This document shows, in pieces, positions 1-8,890 of a DNA stretch of 64,000 nucleotides. The DNA comes from Clostridiales bacterium (GTDB lineage: Bacteria > Bacillota > Clostridia > Oscillospirales > CAG-272), in the NCBI GenBank assembly GCA_022793655.1, contig JAAWDG010000014.1, positions 34,636 to 98,635 of the forward strand, read 5' to 3'. Position numbers and translations under genes: made by a program. Every line of letters starts with the position of its first letter. The stretch's first letter is position 1. The notes beneath the pieces are model-generated. The model searched no databases. It saw only the letters and a list, made by a program, of their open reading frames with translations, and was not told where the DNA came from.

Positions 1-2
1 AA

Positions 3-347
3 TTGGTGAAAACCGATGCGGGTGCTGCGGCCGTTTTTACAGACAAAAGTTCCTTTTATAGTGACGGCGCAAAAGTGCGCTTGCTGCGTGCACGCGGGAT
101 GCCCGAAACGGTCACCGTTGTATACCGCGTACGTCCAGCGGCCAAGACGGGTGCCGCTGGGGAAAAGGTGTCGCTGCCGGACGAGTTTTTGCCGTTGGCA
201 CTTGACTTTTTGACGGGCAGTGCATATGCGTTGGCCGGCGAGGATGGCCAGGCGGCCAAATGGTTGGAACGCTATAACGTGGAACTTGATGATTTGATCG
301 AATGGTTGACTTTGGCTGACAAAAAATTTGAAGGAGTGGTAAAGTGA
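3..347 (+). CDS. phage-associated hypothetical protein, C-terminal part (ORF open at the window edge)
   Basis: The ORF reaches the left edge. Its stop overlaps the GTG start of the portal-like gene (GTGA at 344-347). No recognisable motif. Confidence 0.4.
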   Translation: MVKTDAGAAAVFTDKSSFYSDGAKVRLLRARGMPETVTVVYRVRPAAKTGAAGEKVSLPDEFLPLALDFLTGSAYALAGEDGQAAKWLERYNVELDDLIEWLTLADKKFEGVVK

Positions 348-2269
348 AGGTTATTGAAAAAGTGAAAACACTCTTTTCACCCGAAAAAAAGAATCTATTT
401 GAAGAAGATATTGTGCGCGCTGTTTTGGAAGAACTGGAAAAGCGAAAAGAAGAGCGGCGGCCGTTTGAGCTGCAGTGGCGGCTGAATGCCAATTTTATGG
501 CGGGTAAACAGCTATGTGAAATTAATCCCTACTCGATGCAGATTGAGGAAATGATGCCGGCTTACGACTATGAAGAACGAGGGGTCTATAACAAGATCGC
601 ACCGCTTATGGAGACGCGTTTGGCCAATTTAAAGAACGTGAGCTTTGCTATGTCTGTCAAGCCGCGAACCGATGAAGCGGATGATTATGATAAAGCGGAT
701 GTCGCCACCAAACTGCTTCGTTATACCAGCTTGCAGGGGAATTTTGACCATAAGAAAAATGTGTTAATGCAATGGGCAGAATTGACCGGCAGCGCTTTTC
801 TTCTCTCTTTTTGGGATGAACAAAAAGGGCCGGCTTTGGCAGTTGATGAAGAAGGTTATCCCTCGGTGCATGAGGGTGAGCTTGGGTTTACGCTGTTGTC
901 GCCTTATGAGGTGTATCCAGAGCATTTGTACAGGCAGGGGATGGAAGAACAAGGCTCTGTCATTATTGAACAGGTGATGAGCGCCAAGGAAATTTATGAT
1001 CTGTATGGGATTGAAACGAAAGGGCGAGAGATTGACACGGTGGTGCTGACCCCGGTTTCTGCGTTGCCTGAGGACTATACCATGAGAATGGGTGATACCA
1101 AGCTGCGCGCCAGTGAAAAAGTGATTACGTATATGGAAAAACCCTCGGCAAAGAACCCAGAGGGGGTCATGGCGTTAATTGCGGCGGGAAAGCTTGTGTA
1201 TTATGATCGTCTCCCATTTTCGCGTATTCCGCTTACGATTTTCCGGGCGAAAGAATCCGCCGGACAATTTTATGGCAAAAGCGTCATTGAGGAATTGATT
1301 CCCTTGCAGCGGGCCTACAATGGCTGCAAAAACAAGATTCACGACTATATCACCACTTTGGCTGCTAATTCCTTTTTGGTGGAAGAGGGCAGCGTTGATG
1401 TAGAGGCAATGGAGGAAAACGGCACCGCGCCTGGTACGCCGGTTGTTTATAAAAAAGGCTATTCGGCGCCTGTACCTCTGCGCCATGAAAGCATGCCTGG
1501 CGAAATTTATGTAGAGTGCGAACAGCTTGCCAGAGATATGGAATATACGGCCGGGGTTTCACAGCTTATGGTCGTTGGCAGCATGAGCGCGGGTATCACG
1601 TCGGGCCGCGCGATCAACAGCTTAAGAGAGATCGACTCAACCCGTATGGCGCTTGCGGCCGACAATATGCGCGCCGGCGCCATTGAAACGGCGAAAATTT
1701 GGCTGGAAATTTATAAAGAACACGCATCGGGTCCTATGGTGCTTTCGGTGGCCGGAACCAATGATTTTGGCAGTGTGCTAACCTGGTGTGCCGACGATAT
1801 TAATTCGTATGATGTCTATTTTGATACCGAAAATGAACTGAAATACAGTCCTGAAAGCCAAAAAGAGGCCTTTCTTTCTGCTTATAACATGGGTCTTTTC
1901 ACTGATGAAAACGGAAGAATTCCCGAACGTTTTAAACTGAGGGCGGCTGAGCTGATGCGCATTGGCGAATATGGAGCGCTGATGAATGAAACTGAACTTC
2001 AAATGAAACGGGCTAAGCGGGAAAACAGCCTTCTTCTGACAGGAACACCGCCGGAAATCAGCGAATTTGACAATGATGATGTGCACATTGAGGAGCATAG
2101 GCGCTTTGCGCTGCAGCTGCGCTTTGATGCACTTCGGGTGAAAAGACCCGATTTGGCTGGGGCGTTCAGCGATCATATTCATGCGCACATGGAAAGGAGC
2201 AGTCAACATGCTGAAAGCGAAAATTCCAAGAGAAACCAAGAAGTATCAGCTGCGAAAGACGAACTTTAA
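344..2269 (+). CDS. phage portal protein (putative)
   Basis: 641-aa ORF. N-terminal segments (FELQWRLNANFMAGKQ, YNKIAPLMETRLANLKN, acidic D/E stretch, then KLLRY) match the general pattern of tailed-phage portal N-termini. It is translationally coupled to its neighbours. Confidence 0.6.
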   Translation: MKVIEKVKTLFSPEKKNLFEEDIVRAVLEELEKRKEERRPFELQWRLNANFMAGKQLCEINPYSMQIEEMMPAYDYEERGVYNKIAPLMETRLANLKNVSFAMSVKPRTDEADDYDKADVATKLLRYTSLQGNFDHKKNVLMQWAELTGSAFLLSFWDEQKGPALAVDEEGYPSVHEGELGFTLLSPYEVYPEHLYRQGMEEQGSVIIEQVMSAKEIYDLYGIETKGREIDTVVLTPVSALPEDYTMRMGDTKLRASEKVITYMEKPSAKNPEGVMALIAAGKLVYYDRLPFSRIPLTIFRAKESAGQFYGKSVIEELIPLQRAYNGCKNKIHDYITTLAANSFLVEEGSVDVEAMEENGTAPGTPVVYKKGYSAPVPLRHESMPGEIYVECEQLARDMEYTAGVSQLMVVGSMSAGITSGRAINSLREIDSTRMALAADNMRAGAIETAKIWLEIYKEHASGPMVLSVAGTNDFGSVLTWCADDINSYDVYFDTENELKYSPESQKEAFLSAYNMGLFTDENGRIPERFKLRAAELMRIGEYGALMNETELQMKRAKRENSLLLTGTPPEISEFDNDDVHIEEHRRFALQLRFDALRVKRPDLAGAFSDHIHAHMERSSQHAESENSKRNQEVSAAKDEL

Positions 2270-3710
2270 GGGCTATTATAAGACAGAGTCTCCCGACGTT
2301 GGATGTATGTTAGATGTTTTAGGCGCCGATCATTCAGAATATCCTGTCATCAAGGGCAGCAAAGAATGGGAGCCTTTTTATACATTTAGTGACGAGAAAT
2401 ATCCCCAATCCATTGCGATGATCGGCGGACAAATCATTGCCTTCTGCCGGCAGTTGGTGGGCGGTGGCCAAACCGATTTGATCTGTGCGGTTGTGATTAA
2501 TCAAAACGGCAAGGCCTACATAGGCGAATATACGAATTATCGCAAGCCGGGCGATACGTCTCACCACCCTTCTGATTCCAATCATCCGCGCAGTATCGTG
2601 CAGTTTAACGTATATCATTCGGATGGTAGCCTGGTTGACGCCGTCGGCGGCCGGTATGACAAAAAAATACTGATTTTTCCGGACAAGGTTTCAATCGATT
2701 ATGGCATTTCAGAGAGTGGTTTCAAGTTTACGCAGTTTGGAAAAGAGATACCAATTCCCACGTTGAAATATGTTACGGTGCATGCTTCCCGTTTGTTTGG
2801 TGTGGACGATAACCGTGTGTATGCATCTGCTTATAATGATTATACCAATTGGGATGTGGACACGGCAACGGATATAAGTCCTGATAATGCATGGGTGTCG
2901 ACCACTGGTGCTAATACAAAAGCCGACAGCGACTTTACAGCCATTTGCGAATATGGCGGCAAGGTTATTGCTTTTAAGCGTGATTTTATGTATCAGATCA
3001 ATAATAACCAAAACCCATTTCGGATCAAAGATGTATCGTCCGTTGGGGCGATCGATTTTCGTTCGATTGCTGAGGTGAATGATACCTTGTATTTTATCGC
3101 AGACGGTGGTGTGATGGCATATGCAGGCGGCCAAGTGCGAAATATCAGCCGGCCGCTTGGTGTTGAAAAATTTACGAGCGGTGTAGCCGGCGCTTTTCGT
3201 GATACCTATTATGTGTATGCAAATAACGTGATCTATGCCTACAATACGATTCATGATTTGTGGAGCAAGATACCGGTTCCCTCTGTGGACAAAAAGCTTG
3301 TTGGTTTTTGTTCGGATGAAAATGCGTTGTATTGTTTGGTCAGCAGCGGAATTGATAAGAATGTCATTTATCGTTTATCAAAAGCGCCTGGCACATGGTC
3401 TTTTGACATTGATCTTTCGACGTTCTCATCGTTTGATGTAAAACGAATCAATAAGATATCTCTATTATGTACTATACCAGACGGCGGCTATGTAAAGGCG
3501 TATTTAAAGGATGAAAACACGATACAAAATTCAGTGGGTATTAAAGTGATTGACAGTACGCTTAAGGGAAAGATCGGACGTGTCATGTTAAGGGCGTTGA
3601 TACGAGGCGGGGCGCATTATAACCATCGCCTACGAATTGAGTGCCATGGCGATGTGGCCGTCAGAGGACTTGAAGTATTGGCCGTGAAGGGAGCGGATAG
3701 TTATGAATGA
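2208..3710 (+). CDS. phage structural protein, beta-propeller-like (function unknown)
   Basis: ATG 2208 is preceded by AAGGAG (2193-2198) and overlaps the portal 3' end by 62 nt. Recurrent aromatic strand motifs (YASAYNDY, YFIADGGVMAY, YYVYANNVIYAY, LYCLVSSG) suggest repeated blades. Confidence 0.45.
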   Translation: MLKAKIPRETKKYQLRKTNFKGYYKTESPDVGCMLDVLGADHSEYPVIKGSKEWEPFYTFSDEKYPQSIAMIGGQIIAFCRQLVGGGQTDLICAVVINQNGKAYIGEYTNYRKPGDTSHHPSDSNHPRSIVQFNVYHSDGSLVDAVGGRYDKKILIFPDKVSIDYGISESGFKFTQFGKEIPIPTLKYVTVHASRLFGVDDNRVYASAYNDYTNWDVDTATDISPDNAWVSTTGANTKADSDFTAICEYGGKVIAFKRDFMYQINNNQNPFRIKDVSSVGAIDFRSIAEVNDTLYFIADGGVMAYAGGQVRNISRPLGVEKFTSGVAGAFRDTYYVYANNVIYAYNTIHDLWSKIPVPSVDKKLVGFCSDENALYCLVSSGIDKNVIYRLSKAPGTWSFDIDLSTFSSFDVKRINKISLLCTIPDGGYVKAYLKDENTIQNSVGIKVIDSTLKGKIGRVMLRALIRGGAHYNHRLRIECHGDVAVRGLEVLAVKGADSYE

Positions 3711-3933
3711 ATATGATAAACGCATGGATACAGTAGAGGACCAGTTATTATACATGAGACGTGAATATGAAGATTTGCTTGAGAATATCAGCGAAGATCA
3801 GCTGACTTTCACGCCGATTGCAAATCATGGCAGCGTGCCGTTTACGCTTGCTTTTGATTTAGAAACCAAACGGCTGTACTTAAAAATGAGAGACGGCCAA
3901 AAATATAGTATAATCATGAATGTGGAGGAGTAA
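3703..3933 (+). CDS. small phage-module hypothetical protein
   Basis: 76-aa ORF overlapping the upstream stop by 8 nt. Same strand and tight packing. Confidence 0.45.
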   Translation: MNEYDKRMDTVEDQLLYMRREYEDLLENISEDQLTFTPIANHGSVPFTLAFDLETKRLYLKMRDGQKYSIIMNVEE

Positions 3934-3935
3934 AA

Positions 3936-4490
3936 ATGTATAATCCTTATGAAGATATTGCCTCTTTGTTAGGGACGGTAAAAAGAAACAACGAAGGCGT
4001 GAGCGCCAAGAAGGTGGAGGATATATTAAAAAACAATCAGGTATATTATCAATCGACCTATTCAGAACTGACTGACAAAGTAGGCAAGACAAAAGAGTAT
4101 ATTACATCAGGCAAAGCGTATAACGATGAGGGGGCAAAAGCGATTCGCGCCGCTTATGCAAAAGAGGGCGGCGTTGCCTCCGGAGCGGTTGCCGCAAAGA
4201 GTGCTGCTGAAAATGAAGGCAATTTAGATTCATATGCGGCAGCTCAGGCAAACAGACAGCGGCAGGCGTTTATCTCAGAAGGGGAAAAGGCGGTAAGCGA
4301 ACGAGCCAACCAAACCTACAGCGCTATGAATGCGGCGGATAAAAATTTAGTTTCTGCTTTTGACGCCGCGCAAAAGGCTATCAACAGCGGTGGAAGCGCT
4401 ATGACCAACAATGCCAAAAATGCAGCTTCCAGCGTGAACGACGCGCTTGATGATTTGTTGGACTATTACGGCATATTGGCAAAACGATAA
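3936..4490 (+). CDS. phage-module hypothetical protein, Ala/Asn-rich and probably helical
   Basis: 184-aa ORF. GGAGGAG lies at 3923-3929 upstream of the ATG. Followed by the terminator at 4512-4560. Confidence 0.5.
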   Translation: MYNPYEDIASLLGTVKRNNEGVSAKKVEDILKNNQVYYQSTYSELTDKVGKTKEYITSGKAYNDEGAKAIRAAYAKEGGVASGAVAAKSAAENEGNLDSYAAAQANRQRQAFISEGEKAVSERANQTYSAMNAADKNLVSAFDAAQKAINSGGSAMTNNAKNAASSVNDALDDLLDYYGILAKR

Positions 4491-4511
4491 AATTGTCGGG
4501 ATATTCGTCAA

Positions 4512-4560
4512 AATCCATAGGACTGGTTTTGTCCAGTCCTATGGATTGATTTGCTTTTTT
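4512..4560 (+). terminator. rho-independent terminator
   Basis: Perfect 15-bp stem AATCCATAGGACTGG (4512-4526) / CCAGTCCTATGGATT (4533-4547), followed by a T-rich tail ending TTTTTT. Confidence 0.8.
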
Positions 4561-4600
4561 GTAAAATGTGCACAATAAATTGAAAAATATCCAGTAATTA

Positions 4601-4629
4601 TTGATTGTTTATATGAAAAATGATACAAT
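4601..4629 (+). promoter_or_regulatory. sigma-A type promoter for the SLH-protein gene
   Basis: TTGATT (4601-4606), 17-nt spacer, TGaTACAAT extended -10 (4621-4629). Confidence 0.5.
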
Positions 4630-4684
4630 GAATTGTATTGAAAATTTAAAGGAATTAATACAATCAATTATGGGGAGAAATACG

Positions 4685-6847
4685 ATGAAAAAGAAAATCG
4701 CAATGTTTCTGGCAGCGGCGCTTTTGGGCGGCAGTTTGACGCTTACCGTCGGTGGTGCCGATGAATGGAAAGACACCGGTGTTGACTATCGGGATTCTTT
4801 AGAGACATTTGATTACAATCCGGGCCGCGGACAGGCAAGTTATTCGTGGGTTGTTTGTAAGGACGATGGAACAACGGGTAATGGTGTCGATTTAGACGCT
4901 AAGTTTTCGCAGAGCGGTATGTACTCGCCTATGTTCCAGCTTTCTAATTTTTCCAGCGGTTATATTTGGACAGATGGCGCGAACTCGCCCAATCTCGAGA
5001 CGCATCCTAATAAGGTTGGCGGCGAGAATAAGCCGCTGAATGATCAAACCTTAGATTTTATTGACGAGACTTTTGCGGCGGCAAAGGCAAACGGCGTGGT
5101 TTGCATTCCCCGTTTTGCTTATGATGAGGAAGGCATCATCGGCCGTGATCCTGACGATATCAAATGGATGGTCAAGCACATTGAGCAGATTTCTAAGGTG
5201 CTCAATCGCTATAAGGGCACGGTGATTTCGGTAGAGTGCGGCATGGTTGGCGCATTTGGTGAGATGTGGGGCAGTAAGCATGCAGAGCAGGAGCCCATGA
5301 ATATCATTATTGGCGCCTGGCTCGATAATTTGGATGAAAGCATTATGCTGCAGGTGCGCGCGCCTTCTTATTTGATTCGCTACATTGACCCAGAGGATTA
5401 CTATTTCGGCATGTCAAAACAGCTGCCGTTCAGCGTTGGCTCAAAAGGCTACCGCATTGGTTTTTACAATGACGGCTATTTAGGAACAAGCAACGATTAC
5501 GGTACCTTTGGCGGCGACGATCCGCGTCCTTATAAAAATATGGGCCGTACAGTGGCCGTCGAGTTTATGAAAGAACAGAACAAGCACATTCCCTATGGCG
5601 GTGAGTTTGCTTATGTGGATGACGACGCCTTTTTGAAGGCGAATAATTCGCCGATTTATTCATATGGCTTAGTAAAAGAGTTTTACGATACCCATCTAAA
5701 CTATTTACACAACTTAGCGTCGGATTATCCGCGAATTCCGGCGTATCTAAAGGAAATTGAATTTACCCGTAAGTATGATTTTGAAGGTATGCCGGATGTT
5801 TCTGATTATTATGGAGAAACGGTATCTAAGTTTTTAGTGGATCATATCGGCTATCGCTATGTAGTTCGTTCATCCCAGACGACGAAGAACGCAGACGCCG
5901 GCGGATTTGTTAAATTTAAAGGCACGGTTGAGAATGTTGGCTTTGGCAATTGCCTGTTTGATACGGTTTCTGAATTAGTGGTGATTGGGCCTGATGGCGA
6001 AATTCATACAGGTGACGCTTATGTCGACGTAAAAACCTGGGAAAGCGCAAAAACGAGCGATTATGCGATCACAATGTCAGTTCCGGCCGATGCAAAACCG
6101 GGCGAATATAAGGTGTATCTGCGTACGGGGCTGACTTCTTATGAAGAAGCCAAGACGCCGGCAACCGGTACCATTCGCTTTGCTAACAAAGATATTTATA
6201 ACGAAGAGGTGGGCGGTAACTATTTGGGCACCATCACGGTTAGCAGTAGCAAAGGCGGCTTAGCGACCGAGTTTAGCCAGATTAACACGGGCAAATTTAA
6301 AGATGTTCCGGCCAAAGAATGGTATGCAGACGCGATTGACTATGCAGTGTGCTGTAAATTGATGTCCGGCGTCAGTGGGGCAACTTTTGAGCCGGAAAAG
6401 ACAACCACCAGAGCCATGTTAGTGCAGGTGCTGTATAATTTAGAGGGACGTCCAGCCATTACTGAAAAAGCAAAGTTTACCGACTTAAAAGAAAAATGGT
6501 ATCAAGAAGCAGTGCATTGGGCGGCTCTTAATGGTATTGTAGCGGGCTACTCTGAAACCGAGTTTGCACCGGATAAGCCAATTAAAAGAGAAGAATTTGC
6601 CGCCATTTTGTATCGGTATGCTACGTATAAGAAAATGGATATCACAAAGCGTGCGGACCTTAGCCAATATGAAGATTTTGGTAAGACCTCCAGCTACGCA
6701 GTGCCTGCCCTGAGTTGGGCCAATGCCAACCGATATATTACCGGACATTCCAGCGTGAGCATAGATCCGGCCGGCAATGCGGAAAGAGCGCAGATGGCAA
6801 GCATCTTAATGCGGTTCACTAAAGACACAGCCAATGCAAGCAAGTAA
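4685..6847 (+). CDS. secreted glycoside-hydrolase-like protein (DUF4832/DUF4874-like) with three C-terminal SLH domains
   Basis: ATG 4685 follows GGGGAG. Signal peptide MKKKIAMFLAAALLGGSLTLTVGGA. Contains a GMVGAFGEMWGS-type motif. The C-terminus has three S-layer-homology repeats (FKDVPAKEWYADAIDY.., FTDLKEKWYQEAVHWA.., YEDFGKTSSYAVPALSWA..). Confidence 0.75.
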   Translation: MKKKIAMFLAAALLGGSLTLTVGGADEWKDTGVDYRDSLETFDYNPGRGQASYSWVVCKDDGTTGNGVDLDAKFSQSGMYSPMFQLSNFSSGYIWTDGANSPNLETHPNKVGGENKPLNDQTLDFIDETFAAAKANGVVCIPRFAYDEEGIIGRDPDDIKWMVKHIEQISKVLNRYKGTVISVECGMVGAFGEMWGSKHAEQEPMNIIIGAWLDNLDESIMLQVRAPSYLIRYIDPEDYYFGMSKQLPFSVGSKGYRIGFYNDGYLGTSNDYGTFGGDDPRPYKNMGRTVAVEFMKEQNKHIPYGGEFAYVDDDAFLKANNSPIYSYGLVKEFYDTHLNYLHNLASDYPRIPAYLKEIEFTRKYDFEGMPDVSDYYGETVSKFLVDHIGYRYVVRSSQTTKNADAGGFVKFKGTVENVGFGNCLFDTVSELVVIGPDGEIHTGDAYVDVKTWESAKTSDYAITMSVPADAKPGEYKVYLRTGLTSYEEAKTPATGTIRFANKDIYNEEVGGNYLGTITVSSSKGGLATEFSQINTGKFKDVPAKEWYADAIDYAVCCKLMSGVSGATFEPEKTTTRAMLVQVLYNLEGRPAITEKAKFTDLKEKWYQEAVHWAALNGIVAGYSETEFAPDKPIKREEFAAILYRYATYKKMDITKRADLSQYEDFGKTSSYAVPALSWANANRYITGHSSVSIDPAGNAERAQMASILMRFTKDTANASK

Positions 6848-6866
6848 GAAAAGAGAGTTTCTTATT
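6845..6866 (+). repeat. single copy of the TAAGA-hairpin-TCTTAT repeat family (H hairpin)
   Basis: TAAGAAA-agagag-TTTCTTA followed by TTGT. The 5' arm contains the TAA stop codon of the SLH gene. It has the same flanks as the hairpins at 40699 and 40821. Confidence 0.5.
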
Positions 6867-6883
6867 GTTTAGATAGCATAAAT

Positions 6884-6927
6884 ATCCCCGTCCGAAAAGC
6901 GGTTGCTTTGGGACGGGGATTGTTTTA
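6884..6927 (+). terminator. rho-independent terminator
   Basis: ATCCCCGTCC (6884-6893) / GGACGGGGAT (6911-6920), followed by TGTTTT. Confidence 0.65.
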
Positions 6928-7041
6928 TAATAAGAAGGCATATGGCGCTTATTGTTTTTGTGCCAAAGAACTCGGCATTAAGCGGCAAGGGCTGCTTGCG
7001 GCAGCATAGAGACTTAAAAAGCGCACTTTTTTGGGGGGATT

Positions 7042-7566
7042 ATGATACTAAAAACAGAGAGATTATATTTTCGGGAATTAAAACCAGCTGATTTTGAGCC
7101 TTTGTGTCAAATGCTAAAAGACCCTGTTGTCATGGTTGCTTATGAAGGCGCCTTTTCTGATGATGAAGTGCACGAGTGGCTCGAGCGGCAAATCGCCCGT
7201 TATCAAAAGTGGGGCTTTGGCTTGTGGGCGGTTTTGTTAAATGAAAGCGATGAAATGATTGGTCAATGCGGGCTAACCATGCAGCCCTGGAAAGAACAAG
7301 AAGTGCTTGAGATTGGATATCTTTTTTGCCGCCGGCATTGGCATAAAGGATATGCTATCGAAGCAGCCCGTGCCTGCAAGCAATATGCATTTGATGTCTT
7401 GGACGCTTATGAGGTCTGTTCAATCATTCGGGATACGAATTTTGCCTCGCAAAAAGTAGCGATTCGGAATGGCATGACTGTGGTGGACCATTGGGTCAAA
7501 CACTATCGGGGCGTCGCCATGCCCCATGATCGGTATGTCGCTTTTCGCCCAAGGGACAAGGACTAA
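7042..7566 (+). CDS. GNAT family N-acetyltransferase (RimJ/RimL-like)
   Basis: The 174-aa protein starts MILKTERLYFRELKPADFEPL... and contains the IGQCGL...GYLFCRRHWHKGYAIEAA acetyl-CoA-binding region. Confidence 0.8.
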   Translation: MILKTERLYFRELKPADFEPLCQMLKDPVVMVAYEGAFSDDEVHEWLERQIARYQKWGFGLWAVLLNESDEMIGQCGLTMQPWKEQEVLEIGYLFCRRHWHKGYAIEAARACKQYAFDVLDAYEVCSIIRDTNFASQKVAIRNGMTVVDHWVKHYRGVAMPHDRYVAFRPRDKD

Positions 7567-7587
7567 TCGTGTCTAAAATACACAAAA

Positions 7588-7622
7588 AGAGCAAGGCAAA
7601 CCGTCCAAGGTTGCCTTGCTCT
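7588..7622. terminator. bidirectional intrinsic terminator between convergent genes
   Basis: AGAGCAAGGCAA (7588-7599) / TTGCCTTGCTCT (7611-7622), with an A-run upstream and a T-rich sequence downstream. Confidence 0.7.
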
Positions 7623-7654
7623 TTAATTGGTGATGGAAAAATAAAATGACACTT

Positions 7655-8251
7655 CTATATATTTTGTTCGTTCATTTCGTCTAGCGTCATATCAAAGGCC
7701 GGCAGGAAGTTTTCCATAAAATAGTCTAATTCGGGGCAGCTTAAAGCAGAAAGACTGCGCAGGGTGGCGGCTTTTGCGTTTGTAAACTCAAGATTGCCGC
7801 TCCTTTCTTCAATCATGCATTTAATGAGTGCGGCCAGCTTGTCGGCGCATTTGATGATATGGTGCAGTTCTTTTTCTGTTTCTTCATAATGCAGAATCTC
7901 ATCATAAGCGGGCTTTAATTCTTCGGGCAGCTTGGATAAAAGCATGTGAATGGCTTGGGATTCTACCTGTTTGTAATTTTTTTTGGTGCTGTCATTAAAA
8001 TATTTAATGGGGGTGGGCAAATCGCCGGTAAAGACTTCGGGCAGGTCGTGGAAAAGCGCGTATACGACTGCTTTTTCGGCGTCATAGTGTTTATCAAAAA
8101 AAGTGTTGCCAATGGTGGCGAGCGCGTGGGTTAACACGGCAACGTCATTGACGTGGTCCGACAGGGTTTCTTGTTCTACACTGCGCATAAGGCCCCAGCG
8201 TTTTATATATTTTTGTCTGAATACAAGTGCATAAAAGCTGCTGCTCATCAC
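7655..8251 (-). CDS. yfbR: HD-domain 5'-deoxynucleotidase (YfbR family)
   Basis: Nearly collinear with E. coli YfbR: IKRWGLMR, ETLSDHV, ALFHDLPEVFTGDLPTPIKYFN, KCADKLAALIKC. Confidence 0.85.
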   Translation of the reverse strand: MMSSSFYALVFRQKYIKRWGLMRSVEQETLSDHVNDVAVLTHALATIGNTFFDKHYDAEKAVVYALFHDLPEVFTGDLPTPIKYFNDSTKKNYKQVESQAIHMLLSKLPEELKPAYDEILHYEETEKELHHIIKCADKLAALIKCMIEERSGNLEFTNAKAATLRSLSALSCPELDYFMENFLPAFDMTLDEMNEQNI

Positions 8252-8365
8252 TTGCCTCCTTATTCTTTCTGTTATTAGCGCACCATTTTTTTGGCATCAC
8301 CTTATGAAAAAACAGTGATGAAATAAATGACCGCTCTTGTATTATACCATATCTCTTTAGCTATC

Positions 8366-8457
8366 AAAAAGTGCGACATACCAGCGCAGCTGGAAGTCGG
8401 AATGTCATCCTTTTGGGTGGCAAGATAAACTTTAGAAACAAATCTTCGATTTGTTTC
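8366..8457 (+). repeat. degenerate copy of the structured repeat family
   Basis: CCAGC-gca-GCTGGAA hairpin (8381-8395), GATAAACTTT (8424-8433), then hairpin GAAACAAATC-ttc-GATTTGTTTC (8435-8457). A 12-nt direct repeat ATTATACCATAT occurs at 8341-8352 and 8458-8469. Confidence 0.4.
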
Positions 8458-8501
8458 ATTATACCATATAGCGCGTCCTCTGTAAAGAAAAGCGTTTTTA
8501 T

Positions 8502-8530
8502 CTTGCCAAGGGGGGCGTTTTGTGGTAAAA
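8502..8530 (+). promoter_or_regulatory. sigma-A type promoter for the PspC-domain gene
   Basis: TTGCCA (8502-8507), 17-nt spacer, TAAAAT (8525-8530) preceded by TGG. Confidence 0.45.
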
Positions 8531-8597
8531 TAAAAAAGAAATTCGGCAGTTTTATAGAATCGCAATCAAGTAAATATAGAACAAGGGGTGTGTAACG

Positions 8598-8807
8598 ATG
8601 AGTAAAAAGTTATACAAATCAAGCACAGACAAAAAACTATGCGGTGTGTGCGGTGGGATCGCAGCTTATTTTAATATCGATTCTACGATTATCCGGTTGA
8701 TTTTTGTGGTGCTAACCATTGGCGCTTTTTCGGGCGTTTTGCTGTATCTTATCGCGGCGCTGATTATGCCGGATGAACCCTATTATGAGGATAAAACAAG
8801 AGATTGA
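8598..8807 (+). CDS. PspC-domain membrane protein
   Basis: KLYKSSTDKKLCGVCGGIAAYFNIDSTIIRLIFVV is the PspC N-terminal signature, followed by one TM helix. Confidence 0.8.
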   Translation: MSKKLYKSSTDKKLCGVCGGIAAYFNIDSTIIRLIFVVLTIGAFSGVLLYLIAALIMPDEPYYEDKTRD

Positions 8808-8831
8808 AAAATGAGGCCGCAAGGCTAAAAT

Positions 8832-8889
8832 AAAAAAACAGACACTTAGACATTCTTCACGGTGGAAGGGGCTTAAGTGTCTGTTTTTT
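8832..8889. terminator. bidirectional intrinsic terminator
   Basis: A-run plus ACAGACACTTA (8838-8848) / TAAGTGTCTGT (8874-8884) plus T-run. Lies between convergent gene ends. Confidence 0.6.
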
Positions 8890-8890
8890 G

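Larger units (their letters stand above)
1..4560 (+). mobile_element. right-hand end of a prophage or phage-derived structural gene module (left boundary outside the window)
   Basis: Five tightly packed, overlapping + strand ORFs including a portal-like protein. The block ends at a strong intrinsic terminator (4512-4560), followed by an unrelated host wall-protein gene with its own promoter. Confidence 0.5.
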
